A stretch of 64,000 nt of DNA from Malacoraja senta (lineage: Eukaryota), in NCBI GenBank assembly GCA_038087875.1, contig CM075988.1, forward strand, positions 23,748,001 to 23,812,000. The letters run 5' to 3'. Under the pieces are notes generated by a model that worked only from the letters and a program-made list of their open reading frames with translations, ran no database searches and had not been told where the DNA came from. This document shows positions 24,381 through 36,843 of this stretch, in pieces. The first letter of the stretch is position 1. Each line of letters starts with the position of its first letter. The position numbers and the translations under genes were made by a program.

Positions 24381-26697
24381 CTTGCTCAATGTTCCCCAGA
24401 GGGGCTGAAGAGTTCAGGCTCATGGGCTGTTTACCCTGAGTGATGACGGGGCTCGGGAGGGTGGTCTTGGGCGACGAGGTCCACCCCGGCGAGGCGACGG
24501 ACATCGACGGAGACTTTAGCCGACTGGGAGAGCTGGCCGGGGAGCGAACGGGAAGCGCCGAGCTCAGCACCTGGGGGGACTTGATGGGGCCCGAGGCGTT
24601 GGAGGACGTCAAGCTGGCCAGCTGAGATGGTGTCTGAGGTGACTTGAGATTGGCAGAGGGGGAACTGACGAGAGGGGAGTGAACCTGGCTGATGGTCGGC
24701 GACTTGAGGTGACCCATGTTGGGGGAATTCATCTGGTTGATGTTGATGGTGAGGTCTGAAGGTCTTTGGCCTAAGCCCCTTTGGGACACTGGAAGCATGG
24801 CGGCCACATTGCCGTGGTTGCTGGATTGGTTTGAAGTCGATGTCATGTGCATGTGGCTGAGTCTGGCCGTGTTACCCATGCTACTCACGGCCATGGGTCC
24901 CCCCTGCTCAGGGCCGAACATCTCCCCGGGGTTCCCCATGCTGTTGACTTCCTGAGACATATTGGAATACTGCCCCTGGCCACCGGGGAAACCCTGCTGT
25001 CCATGATTTGGGAACGGCGACTGCATCAGAATCTTCTGAGGGTCACCCAGCATCCCGCTGCCGTTCTGGGCTCTGACGCGAGCTATCTCCTCCGCGGTCA
25101 GCACCTGGTGGGACATCATCTCCTGCGCCCTCATCTTCTGCGACATCATCATCTGCTGCTGAGGTGTCATCTGGACGTTGAGATTCATGTTCATGTTCAT
25201 ATTTACATTCATGTTCATATTGACGTTGCCGGGGCCCATTGAGGGGTCCATGTCGCGCACAGGTCCTGCCTGCCCCAGGGGAGGGCTCAACATGCCCCTC
25301 GACCCCACAAAGTCCAGACCCATGGGGTTCCCACTCACGTTGTCCCCAGGCCCAGGGAACATCCCCGAGATGGCCCCTGGCTCCATCTGTCTCTGTGCCT
25401 GCAGCATCCGCTCCATCTCCATCCCTTGGCTCATGCTGCCGATGGTGTTGGCGTTGGTCATGTTCAGCGGGCGCTGCATGGCCATTGATCTCTTTTCCAT
25501 GAGCTGCTGCCTCAACAACTCCTCCCTGGCCCGTGGGTTCATGAACCTCTCGGGGTCGCCCTGGCCTGGATGGTAGGGCATGCCTCCCTGAGGGAAAGTC
25601 CCCCCACCTCCCATCGGCGGCATGTCATCCGGCCAGGCCATCCCGGGCCGCACAGTCCTTTGCATTGGATTCATGGCGCCCAGAGCTTCCATCGGTATGT
25701 TCTGCATGGCCCCGTACCCGCCCACCCGCTGAATCTGGCTGTTGGGGAAGCGCGGGCCGGAGAAGGGGGCGGTGCCTCGGGGTTGCATGGGATCGGGAAC
25801 GTCCATGGGGCCCGTGAACCTGTTGCCCATACCCGAGGGCCATTGGTCCCCAGCTTTGCTGTGGTAGGGAGGGGGGGGCCCCCGTACTATCATGCCCCCC
25901 ATGGGCCTCTGCATCATCATCTCCTGCATCGTCCGTTGTTGAACCACCGCCTGCTCCTGCTTCCTCCTCTTCTCTTCGTAGAAGTCCTCCTGAAGCTTCC
26001 TCCAGGCCACCTGCTCTGGGGTCAGGTTGTCCTGGTTGACGGGATTCATCATCATGGTGACCTGTTGCCCCATCGGGTCGTGTTGCATCACCTCCTGGTG
26101 GTGCATGGACTCTTGCTCCATGTTTGGCCCATCCACCCCCAACGCCTGTGCTTGGGAAATCATGGACTGCAGAGGCTCCTCTGGCTTCTTCATGACCTGT
26201 TGACCATCCCCTTGGCCATTGGGGCCGCAGTTGCCCTTCATGGAGAATTCGCCCTCGCTGCTGCGCAACAGGAGCCTCTCGATGTCCCTCAGCGTCTGCA
26301 AGGAACGCTCCCTGTGCTCGAGTTGCTCCTTGGACAAGCCCTCCGTGTTGGGGTGGAGGTTCATGACCAGCGAGCCGTTGTCGTTGGGATTGTTGGCCTC
26401 CGCGCCCCCGCCGTTGGCCGGGTCGACCGGCGCCCCCTGGTGCGGGTTGGCGGGCGCGTTGCCGACGTTGGGGTGACCGCCCCCCGGTTGGTTGCCAGCC
26501 CCGCCGTTGCTCTCCATCGGTTTGGAGCCCATGTCCGAGAGCAGGGGTTCGAGCCTGGCTCCCCCCTCCTGCGGCAGCGAGCTGGGGGGCTGCAAGCACT
26601 GCTGACCCTGCTGTTGGGGCTGCGGGGTGCGAGACGGAGGCCTGTTGCGGTTCAGCTGCTCCTGAAGCCCAGACCCTTTCTGGGCGGCATGGGAGGC
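24381..26697 (-). CDS. BCL9L: BCL9L large coding exon 5 (HD2 beta-catenin-binding, HD3, M/N repeat, SP-rich region)
   Basis: 2317-nt open exon with EGLSKEQLEHRERSLQTLRDIERLLLRS (BCL9L-type rather than BCL9 DIQRMLF), LTPEQVAWRKLQEDFYEEKRRK and NMNMNVNMNMNMNLNVQMTPQQQ. CCTCAG acceptor and G|GTGAGA donor. Confidence 0.96.
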
Positions 26698-26764
26698 CTG
26701 AGGATGAGAGGAGGGAGAGAAGAGAAGTGAGATGGGTGGAGGGCACGGCATCACGTTATAGTTT

Positions 26765-27185
26765 GTCAAGTCACGTCACTTTTATTTCTATAGCACATTT
26801 AAAAAACAACTCTCGTTGGCCAAAGTGGTTTACATTGGTATAAGAATAGTATAAAAAACAACAGTGAGCTTATGCCTAGACCGCGGGATGGTCAGTAACC
26901 CCAAGTCGGCCGATCTGAGGGACCTGGAGGTGGAGTGGTGGGTGAGAAGACTTTTAATGTAGGTGGGGGCGAGCCCAGTAAGGGCTTTGTAGACATAAAG
27001 GAGGAACTTGAAATTTATTCGGAACCGCACAGGGAGCCAGCGGAGAGAGGCCAGGATCGGGGTGATGTGGTCCCTTTTTCGGGTGCCCGTCGGGAGTCTG
27101 GCTGCGATTGGCGTTTTGGACCGGTTGCAGGCGGGACAGGGAAGATTGGCTGATGCCAGTGTAGAGGGAGTTGGATATCACGGAC
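26765..27185 (-). mobile_element. L2-clade LINE 3' fragment
   Basis: NSLYTGISQSSLSRLQPVQNA and FRINFKFLLYVYKALTGLAPTYI...RSLRSAD; AATAAA plus a short tandem tail. Confidence 0.85.
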
Positions 27186-29576
27186 CAGTTGCAGGGCAGT
27201 CTGAACCACTAAATACAATTACGAGAAACATGGAGATACTAGCGGCATTGATAAGGTGGACAGTCAGAATGTATTTCCCCAGGCTGGAAATGTCCAACAT
27301 TAGACGGCATAGCTATAGAGGTGGGAGGGGTAATGTTTATACCCCATGCAAGGCCAAATTAGGGAAAGTATGGGAAGCAAGTATGGGAAATAGGGTTCCC
27401 TCCAAACCGCTTTCCCTGCATCTCATAGAAGTCATAGAAAATGTCTTTACAAGGTTAATTCCCGGGATGGCGGGACTGTCATATGCTGAGAGAATGGAGC
27501 AGCTGGTCTTGTACACTCTGGAGTTTAGAAGGATGAGAGGGGATCTTATTGAAACATATAAGATTGTTAAGGGCTTGGACACGCTAGAGGCAGGAAACAT
27601 GTTCCCGATATTGGGGAGTCCAGAACCAGGGGCCACAGTTTAAGAATAAGGAGTAAGTCATTTAGAACGGAGACGAGGAAACACTTTTTCTCACAGAGGG
27701 TGGTGAGTCTGTGGAATTCTCTGCCTCAGAGGGCGGTGGAGGCAGGTTCTCTGGATGCGTTCAAGAGAGAGCTGGATAGGGCTCTTAAAGATAGCGTAGT
27801 CAGGGAATATGGGGAGAAGGCAGGAACGGGATACTGATTGGGGATGATCAGCCATGATCATATTGAATGGCGATGCTGGCTCGAAGGGCCGAATGGCCTA
27901 CTCCTGCACCCATTGTCTATTGTCTATAAAATAGGTGCAGGAGGAGACCATTCGGCCCTTCGAGCCAGCACCGGCATTCATTGTGATCATGGCTGATCAT
28001 CCACAATCTGCAACCCGTGCCTGCCTTCTCCCCATTCCCTTGATTCCACTAGCCCCTAGAGCTCTATCTAACTCTCTTTTAAATTCATCCAGTGAATTGG
28101 CCTCCACTGCCCTCTGTGGCAGAGAATTCCACAGATTCACAACTCTCTGGGTGAAAACGTTTTTTTCTCATCCCACTTTTAAACGGCCTCCCATTTATTC
28201 TTAAGACTGTGGCCCCCTGGTTCTGGACTCGCCCAACATTGGGAACATTTTTCCTGCATCTAACTTGTTCAGTCCTTTTGTAATTTTATACGTTTCTATA
28301 AGATCCCCCCTCATCCTTCTAAATTCCAGTGTATACAAGCCCAGTCTTTCCAACCTTTCCTCATATGACAGTCCCGCCAACCCGGGGATTAACCTCGTGA
28401 ACCTACGCTGCTCTGCCTCAAGAGCAAGGATGTCCTTCCTTGGATCTCATCTCCACCCACCTCGATCTAATTAAACGGGGGGGGGAGTGAGTTGGAAACT
28501 TGCGGTACCTGTGTCCAACGTTAACTTGAATGGTTATCACCGCAGGTCCAACCCCGATTTTCCACAACCCTTGGGCAGGGCATTTCTGGATTATCCAATT
28601 TGCTGGAACAACAGAGGTCAACGGCCTCCGAGAGGAGTCCCAACGGTACCGGAACGTTCCGCCTGGGCCGAGATACCGGCTGGCAAAGTCGGCCGTGGGA
28701 ACGTGGGAACGTATCTGCCGGAGTTCCAGAGTGCCGGCCGCAGGGGGGGCAAATTCCAGCCGCCGATCGGCCGCGGAAGTCCCGGTGAGGCCTCGCCCGG
28801 CCTAGGTGCCACACTATCAATGGAATGTGTGTGCGGTTTTTCGGTTGGGGGATGGAATTCAAGTAACTTTGCCCAGCTTAAGGGAAGCGCCGTGCCATCA
28901 GTTGCTGGGAGACGAAAATGGTGGAGAAACTCAGCGGGTGAGGCAGCATCTATGGAGTGAAGGAATAGGCGACGTTACGGGTCGAGACCCGGAAGGGTCT
29001 CGTCCCGAAACGTCGCCTATTCCTTCGCTCCATAGATGCTTTCGGGGTCTCGACCCGCAACACCACCTATTCCTTCGCTCCATAAATGCTGCCTCACCCC
29101 CTGAGTTTCTCCAGCATTTTTGTCCACCGTCGATTTTTCCAGCATCTGCAGTTCCTTCTTAAAGCCCTGTCCCACGGTACGAGTTCATTCCAAGAGCTCT
29201 CCCGAGTTTGCCCTGATTCGAACTCGGAGATTTACGGTAATGGCCGCTCGTCGGTACTCGGGGGGGTCTCGTGGACATTTCTCAACATGTTGAAAAATCT
29301 TCACGAGTCTTCCCGTGCTTACCTGCCGTTAGCGAGTCTTCCCGAGCACCTGCCGTTAGCCGCTAAGAGACGTCCCCGAGCTCCGACGTACCCGCTACGT
29401 TCATTCTCCGTGCTTACCATTTTAAACTCGGGAGAGCTCTTGGAATGAACTCGTACCGTGGGACGGGGGCTTTTAAACAAAAATCGGTGGTGGAACCTGT
29501 ATTTGAACTGTGAGGGGTTGACATGCAGAGCTGAAGTGCTGCATAGAGTGAGGTTGCTCTGGGATTTTGGACTCAC

Positions 29577-29677
29577 CTTCTGATTGTACACCTTGCTCCA
29601 GTTTTGTGCGAGGTACGTTGTGGGTGTGATAAGCCACGATGGAATCTGACCGTCCCTGGATCACAGCCTCCGCAGCC
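29577..29677 (-). CDS. BCL9L: BCL9L coding exon 4 (rest of HD1); 3' boundary/phase uncertain
   Basis: GACAG acceptor. Encodes AAEAVIQGRSDSIVAYHTHNVPRTKLEQ (human AAEAVLQGRADSILAYHQQNVPRAKLDQ). The strongest donor, G|GTGAGT at 29576, is phase 1 but the next exon needs phase 0. Confidence 0.88.
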
Positions 29678-31326
29678 CTGTCATCCAACAGAGTCACAAA
29701 CGCCGTCAGCAACCTCAATGCAACGTCCACCCCCCTTGCCCCCACAATCCTCACCCAGACACGTCCCGCACCCTCACTGAATCCGCCATTGACCGCATCC
29801 CTACTTAGCCACCGCCCTCCCCCCCCCCAACCCCCACGGACTCCTTCCCAGCCCCTGGTGTAGCTTCACTTGGAAAGATAGAACGTGGGTGCAGGAGTAG
29901 GCCATTCGGCCCTTCGAGCCAGCACCGCTGGGAAAGCGAGCAAAATCCAAGGTGATGTCGGACAAAACTGTGTGGCCGTGGAGAAAGTGAAAAATGCTTC
30001 TTCCATTTTTTCAATATGATAGACAATAGACAAAAGGTGCAGGAGTAGGCCATTCGGCCCTTCGAGCCAGCACCACCATTCAATATGATAGACAATAGAC
30101 AATAGGTGTAGGAGTAGGCCATTCGGCCCTTCGAGCCAGCACCACCATTCAATGTGATCATGGCTGATCATCCCCAATCAGTACCCCGTTCCTGCCTTCT
30201 CCCCATATCCCCAGACCCCACTATTTTTAAGAGCCCTATCTAGCTCTCTCTTGAAAGCATCCAGAGAACCTGCCTCCACCGCCCTCTGAGGCAGAGAATT
30301 CCAGACATGATCATGGCTGATCATCCAGAATCAGTACCCCGTTCCTGCTTTTGCCCCCCCACATCCCTCGATTCCGTTAGCCCCAGGAGCTAAATCTAAC
30401 TTATACACCCCCTTCCTTCTGCATTCTTCCATTGCCAGGACCTAGTGGTGAAACACGGAGCCAAAGGCAATTCCACTGGAGCCAGCGGGAGTGGGGATGA
30501 CATGGAGTGGGGGAATTCTCCATCGCCTCATTCCTCGCGGGGTAGTCCGCAACAGGAGGCTGCCCTTTACTCCCACATCCCGAGAGCTTCTCCACTGTGT
30601 GGCAAATCAAATTCCTCGTCCGTGGCAAAACATACTTGGCTAATAAAGTATGATTATGATTTATCTCCCCTCAGTTTGGGTTGCATTGCACCCATCTGTT
30701 TCGTTAAGTTTGGAGGTGCAGCGGGGAAACAGGCCCTTCGGCCCGACGGGTCTGCGCCGACCGGCAATCACCCCGTGCGCTAACACCATCCGACACACAC
30801 ACACACACACACACACTAGTGGCAATTTACAATCTTTTTCCGAAGCCAAAGAACCTACAAACCTGCACGTCTTTGGGAGTGAGGGAGGAACCCGGGGCAC
30901 CCGGAGGGAACCCACGCGGTCACGGGGAGAACGTACAAATTCTCCGTTCGGACAGCACCCGTAGTCGGGATCGAACCCGGGTCTGCGGTGCTGTGAGGCA
31001 GTGCCACCGTGTTCACTTTCTCCACGGCCACCCAGTTTTGTCCGACACCATCTTGGATTTTGCTCGCTTTCCCAGCTGCAGCTTTCCCTCGCTTCTGCAG
31101 TCACTTTGAAGCAACAAAGCGGCTTCTTCCATTGTCGACCTCAGCCTCAGTTCAACTGTGCTCGAGCTCCCAGGAGTTCGTAAGTGATAGGAGCAGAATT
31201 AGGCCATTCGGCCCATCAAGTCTACCCCTCCATTCAATCACGGCTGATCTAACTCTCCCTCCTAGCCCCGTAACACCCGTACTAATCAGTTTGTGGGGTT
31301 GTTCCGCGCCCGCTCGGCACACTCAC

Positions 31327-31537
31327 ATGTTGGCCAGGTTAGTGGTGAAGACGTACACGAACTGGGACGGTGGTTTGCTGGGGTTCCGGGGGTTGACGCT
31401 GTCGGGGCGCAGGCAGGACCCGCCTGCGGGGTTGTGCGCAACGTTGGCCGGTGCACTCTCGCTGACCGTGGGCAGGGTGTTGGAGCTGGGGGAGGGTTGG
31501 ACAGCCCCCGAGAGAGCCGCCTCCACCACCGTGCAAT
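31327..31537 (-). CDS. BCL9L: BCL9L coding exon 3 (start of HD1, Pygopus-binding)
   Basis: CAG acceptor (phase 1) and AT|GTGAGT donor (phase 2). Encodes NCTVVEAAL...KPPSQFVYVFTTNLAN (human KPPSQFVYVFTTHLAN). Confidence 0.93.
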
Positions 31538-34185
31538 CTGCGCCAGAGATTGGGGGAAAAAAAAAGTCAAGAGAGTCAATCCCACCCTTGGCGTTCCTCG
31601 CGGGCCGCTCCTTCCCCGTTCGATCTCGACGTCACCCCCACCCCCCTCTGGACTTGACCCCCTGGAACCACCGCACGAGGCAAGGAACGGCTGAAGGAAG
31701 CAGGAAGCAGAAGGTGATGTGCGGGAAGGAACTGAGGTACAGGATACTGAGTTGGATGATCAGCCATGATCACATTGAATGGCGGTGCAGGCTCGAAGGG
31801 CCGAATGGCCTACTCCTGCACCTATTGTCTATGTTTCTATGTTTCTATGAACTGCAGACGGTGAGACACACAAAATGCTGGAGTAACTCAGCGGGTCAGG
31901 CAGCATCTCTGGAGAGAAGGAATGGGTGACGTTTCGGGGTTTGAGCCCCTTCTTCAGACTGTTTGGTGTATGGGGTAAACAGGGAGGTAGGAGCAGGAGA
32001 GGGGGGGGGGGGCGGGGTTGACCACAATAACGAACCAAGGTATGCTAATATCGCAGTTTAAGAATAAGAGGCAGGCCATTTAGGACTTTTTCACCCAGAG
32101 AGTTGTGAATCTGCGGAATTCTCTGCCACAGAAGGCAGTGGAGGCCGATTCACTGGATGTTTTCAAGAGAGAGTTCGATTTAGCTCTCAGGGATAAAGGA
32201 ATCAAGGGATACGGGGAGAAAGCAGGAACGGGGTACTGATTGTGGATGATCAGCCATGATCATATTGGATGGCGGTGCTGGCACGAAGGGCCGAACGGCC
32301 TACTCCTCCACCTATTGTCTATGTTTCTAATGTAGTCCTTCATTGTAACATGTAGTCAAGGGCAACACTGGTTCAGGATTACATCAGCCAATGTAAATGA
32401 AATAGAATAAGTAGCGGTGTTTAGGAAGGAACTGCAGATGCTGGAAAAATCGAAGGTAGACAAAAATGCTGGAGGAACTCAGCGGGTGAGGCAGCATCTG
32501 TGGAGCGAAGGAATAGGTGACGTTTCGGGTCGAGACCCGGAAAGCATCTATGGAGCGAAGGAATAGGCGACGTTTCGGGTCGAGACCCTTCCGGGTCTCG
32601 ACCCGAAACGTCACCTATTCCTTCGCTCCATAGATGCTGCCTCACCCGCTGAGTTTCTGGGTAAACGGAGGGACAGTAGGCTGGGACAAAGGGAGGGGAG
32701 GGGATAGGGTAGTAGCGGAGAAGATGTCATGGAAGATAACTCCCAAAAAGTAGGCCGGGATGGGCGGCATCTCCGGAGAGAAGGAATGGGTGATGTTTCG
32801 GGTCGAGAACCTGCACAGCCTGCTTTAAAGATTTTCTTTAAGAGTCTCCGATACAGTGAATGGCCACCAGATGGCGGTACAGACTGGGGCTCGCCAAACA
32901 TTAAACGCCCCCCACTTTCATCCTGTATCTGTGTGCAGTGTGGACGGCTCGTCTGTAAACATATACAGTCTTCCCGCTGACTGGAAAGCGCGCAACAACA
33001 AAAAGCTTTCACTGTACCTCGGTGACACGTGACGATAAACTAAAATAAAATAATGCTGGGGATGTAGACAGATTGATACAGCGTGGAAACAGGCCCTTCG
33101 GCCCCAACTTGCCCACACCGACCATCTACTCTATTGACCCACATCTACGCATTTGACCCACATCCCTCTGTCTACATACGTAACTGTCTGAATGCTTCTA
33201 AGTTACCATAATAGGCAATAGACAACGGGTGCAGGAGTAGGCCATTCAGCCCTTCGAGCCAGCACCGTCATTCAATGTGATCATGGCTGATCATCCCGTC
33301 AGTACCCCGTTCCTGCCTTCTCCTCATATCCCCATGACTCCGCTATCTTTAAAAGCCCTATCTTGCTCTCTCTTGAAAGTATCCAGAGAACCGGCCTCCA
33401 CCGTCCCTCTGAGGCAGAGAATTCCACAGACTCACCACTCTCTGTGTGAAAAAGTGTTTCCTCGTCTCCGTTCTAAACGGGTTACTCCTTATTCTGAATT
33501 GTACCATTCCACACGGTACAAAAACTATCTTCGGCTGGAAACATTTCCTTAAAAATACATCGCGGGCCCTCAGGGTTTGTGCCACCAAACACACGTCCCG
33601 CCAAGACCGCTGGAAACATTAGGTGCCCCAAAATAAATCTTTCTGGGGTCGGAATCAATGGAAAATCTCAAAATTAAGACTGACATTTTTTGGGCGGCTG
33701 GAACACGACGAGACTCGGAGCAAAGCAGAGAAACAGAACAGAGACAAATGTGGACTCTGGTCCAACTCCTGATTAGTTTTACCCTTTGTATGCCTCTGTG
33801 TCTCCTCCCCCTCACCCAACAATGAACTTCCTTGGTCTGCTTTGATCTGTCCTTTTCTCACCTCACATGCTCTTTGTACTATTTCATGCCTCTAGTTCCC
33901 CCCTCTCCCCTGACTCTCAGTCTGAAGAAGGGTCTCGACCCGAGGGTTCTCTCCAGCGATGCTGCCTGTCCCGCTGAGTTTCTCCAGCATTTTGTGTTCG
34001 TAAATTCATAAGCGATAGGAGAAGAATTAGGACATTCGGACCATCAAGTCTACTCTGCAATTCAATCATGGCTGATCTATCTCTCCCTCCTAACCCCATT
34101 CTCCTGCCTTATCCCCATAATCCCTGACACTAATCAAGAATCTGTTTATCTCTGCCTTAAACATATCAATTGACTTGGCCTCCAC

Positions 34186-34578
34186 CAGAGATCCGATAGA
34201 CCACGCCTGCTAAATGCAATGGGCTGACGTGTAGTACGCAACGGAACGGAACGTGGGCCTATTTTTCATCCATTTCAGTAACCCGACCAGACCCGACTCG
34301 CAGTGTAATCAACGTTGCGGGGGAACAGTTTGTGTTAATGAAATTAAAATTCTGAAAATGAGGAGAAGATTTTTCCCAAAGAACTTTTATTTTTACGAGG
34401 ATGTTTCCGTAACCGGCTTCCGTCTCCGCACTAGTTATCTTTGCTCCGCTATGGGATCTTTGGTGCGGAGACGGAAGCCGGTTACGGAAATGGGGCCGAA
34501 AATTACCCATGAATCTGCCCATGACCGTACTACGTCTTTTTCGTCGAGTGGACTATCTTGCTCGCTGTAGGGTCTTTG
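34186..34578 (-). mobile_element. hAT-type MITE family A, copy 3
   Basis: Same element inverted; TSD GCCTCCAC; splits a CR1 fragment. Confidence 0.88.
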
Positions 34579-35011
34579 GCCTCCACAGCCTGGTGTGACA
34601 GTGAATTCCACAGATTCACCACCCTCTGACTAAAGAAATTCCCCCTCATCTCCTTCTCCTTCTTAATTGTGAGGCTGTGACCTCTGGTCCTAGACTCTCC
34701 CACGTGGAAAAATCCACTCTACCCAGTGTGTAGTTCACTGGTATACACTGAAGTTAAGACACTGGAGTAACTCAGCGGGACAGGCAGCATCTCTGGAGAG
34801 ATGGAACGGGTGACGTTTCGCGCCGAGACCCTTCTTCAGACTCATCCACTCTATCCGGGCCTTTCACTATTCGGTAAGCATCTATCTATAGTCTAACTAA
34901 ACATTGGCGAGTAATTAATGGAAGATTTGAGTTGTTTGCTAACTTGAACACTGGTTCCTAAGTGAATGTTTTCCACAAGGTGTTCACCGACTCTGTCCGT
35001 GGGTTACTTAC

Positions 35012-35133
35012 TGAGCGCCGCCACTCTGGGTTTATCCTCGTCTTCACTGTCCGGTCCCGAGTACCAACTCGTCCCCCACTGTAGGGCTGCTTGCGTTCCA
35101 GAACACAGCGCCGCTTGCTCCGTGGGGGTCCAT
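35012..35133 (-). CDS. BCL9L: BCL9L coding exon 2 (basic NLS-like RSKRRCVLERK segment); 122 nt as assembled, with two apparent 1-nt insertions
   Basis: TAG acceptor and A|GTAAGT donor. Reads DGPPRSKRRCVLERKQPYSG, then in a shifted frame DE/WYSGPDSEDEDKP, matching human RSKRRCVLERKQPYSGDEWCSGPDSEEDDKP. Confidence 0.9.
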
Positions 35134-35206
35134 CTACTCGCAGCAAAACACAAATAACAAAACGCACCATCACAGGCTGGAGTTTGTCCACCTCACAGGA
35201 TCATGT

Positions 35207-35221
35207 TACACGCACACATAG

Positions 35222-35254
<33 letters not shown>

Positions 35255-35485
35255 CACACACACACACGTGCACGCCGCGCACCTGCGCGCACACACACAC
35301 ACACACGGATGCACACACACGCATAGACACACACACACACGGAGATTCACACACACGCATAGACACACACACACGCAGATTCACACAGAGGCACAGATGC
35401 ACACACACGCACACACACACACACAGATGCACACACACGCATAGACACACACACACACACATAGACACACACACACACACACGCA

Positions 35486-35529
<44 letters not shown>

Positions 35530-35657
35530 TGCACACACACGCACAGACACACACACACACACACACAGACACACACACGTGCACGCCGCGCACTTGCGCG
35601 CACACACACACACACACACGCATAGACACACACACACACACGTGCATGCCGCGCACC

Positions 35658-35695
<38 letters not shown>

Positions 35696-35758
35696 CACAC
35701 ACGGATGCACACACACGTATAGACACACACACACACGCACACACACACACACGCATAG

Positions 35759-35790
<32 letters not shown>

Positions 35791-35812
35791 CACACACACA
35801 CAGACACACACA
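35207..35812. repeat. Compound (CA)n microsatellite
   Basis: Direct inspection. Confidence 0.97.
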
Positions 35813-36843
35813 AAGCAAAATGAGTCCCATTTTTGTGACGGAGCCATCTGCTCAAAGTTTAAACACATCTTCATGGAGACACATCAAAGCTTCTAAAACC
35901 AAAAGGCCATGTGAACTGCCACAGAACCACTGGACTGGGAGGAACTGAGAGCTTAGTGCTTTCATTTACCGTCACCAGGACTGTAGGACAGCATTCTGCA
36001 AGAAACAAGGGCTGTCCACATGAGCTGTGGAGTTGGAGGTGATTGGGGATTCGGAATGAACGGGGCAATGTGTTTGAGGAGCATACTGGTCAGTGCAAGC
36101 AGCCGGAGCCATTAGGAATGGGCATAGTGGTGCAGCGGTAGGGTTGTTGCCATCGGGCGCCAGAGACCCAGGTTCGATCCCGACTTGGGGCGCTGTCTGT
36201 ATGGAGTTTGTCTATTCTCTCCGGGATCTCCTGTTCTCCAAAGACATGGAAGTTTGTAGGTTAATTGGAATCGGTAAAATTGTAAATTGTCCCTGGTGTG
36301 TAGAAGAGTGTTAGTGTGCGGTAATCGATGGTCGGCGCGGACTCAGTGGGCTGAAGGGCCTGCTAAACTACCCCCAACTAAATAAATAAATAAGGAGAAA
36401 AGGCGGGGCTGGGGAATGATTCTGCGTTCAAATTTGGATGAACCATAATGTCTTTCTTAACTTCGGGGCGTCCCAATCTCCTTGCAGCCAGTGAAGAAAT
36501 GTAGTCACGGTGGTGAAAATAAGGAATGTGCCAGGAAATCTGCACTCCACAACATCCCCAAAGGAACAGAAATATAAAAAAGGATCACCAATTGGTTGGT
36601 GGGATAGATCCATAAGTGATAGGAGCAGGATTCCCCCATGGCTGATCGATCTTCACCTCTCAACCCCATTCTCCTGCCTTCTCCCCATAACCACTGACAC
36701 CCGTACTGATCAAGAATCTATCTATCTCTGCCTTAAATACATCCAAATTCTGACCACAGTGCCAGGGGTGGTGGCATCTGCAATTCCCCCCCCCCCCCCC
36801 TCACTCCTCCTGGTAACAGTCAAGATTCAGTTTAGTTTAGTTT

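Noticed and set aside
24381..26697. Assignment to BCL9 rather than BCL9L
   Set aside because: The HD2 ending DIERLLLRS, the RSKRRCVLERK exon, the M/N repeat and the UPK2 neighbour all fit BCL9L.
25570..26730. 386-aa plus-strand ORF (also 15498-16262 and other ORFs opposite BCL9L exons)
   Set aside because: Antisense shadows of GC-rich BCL9L codons, with no recognisable domain.
31009..31929. 306-aa plus-strand ORF
   Set aside because: A chance read-through of repeat fragments plus the antisense of BCL9L exon 3.
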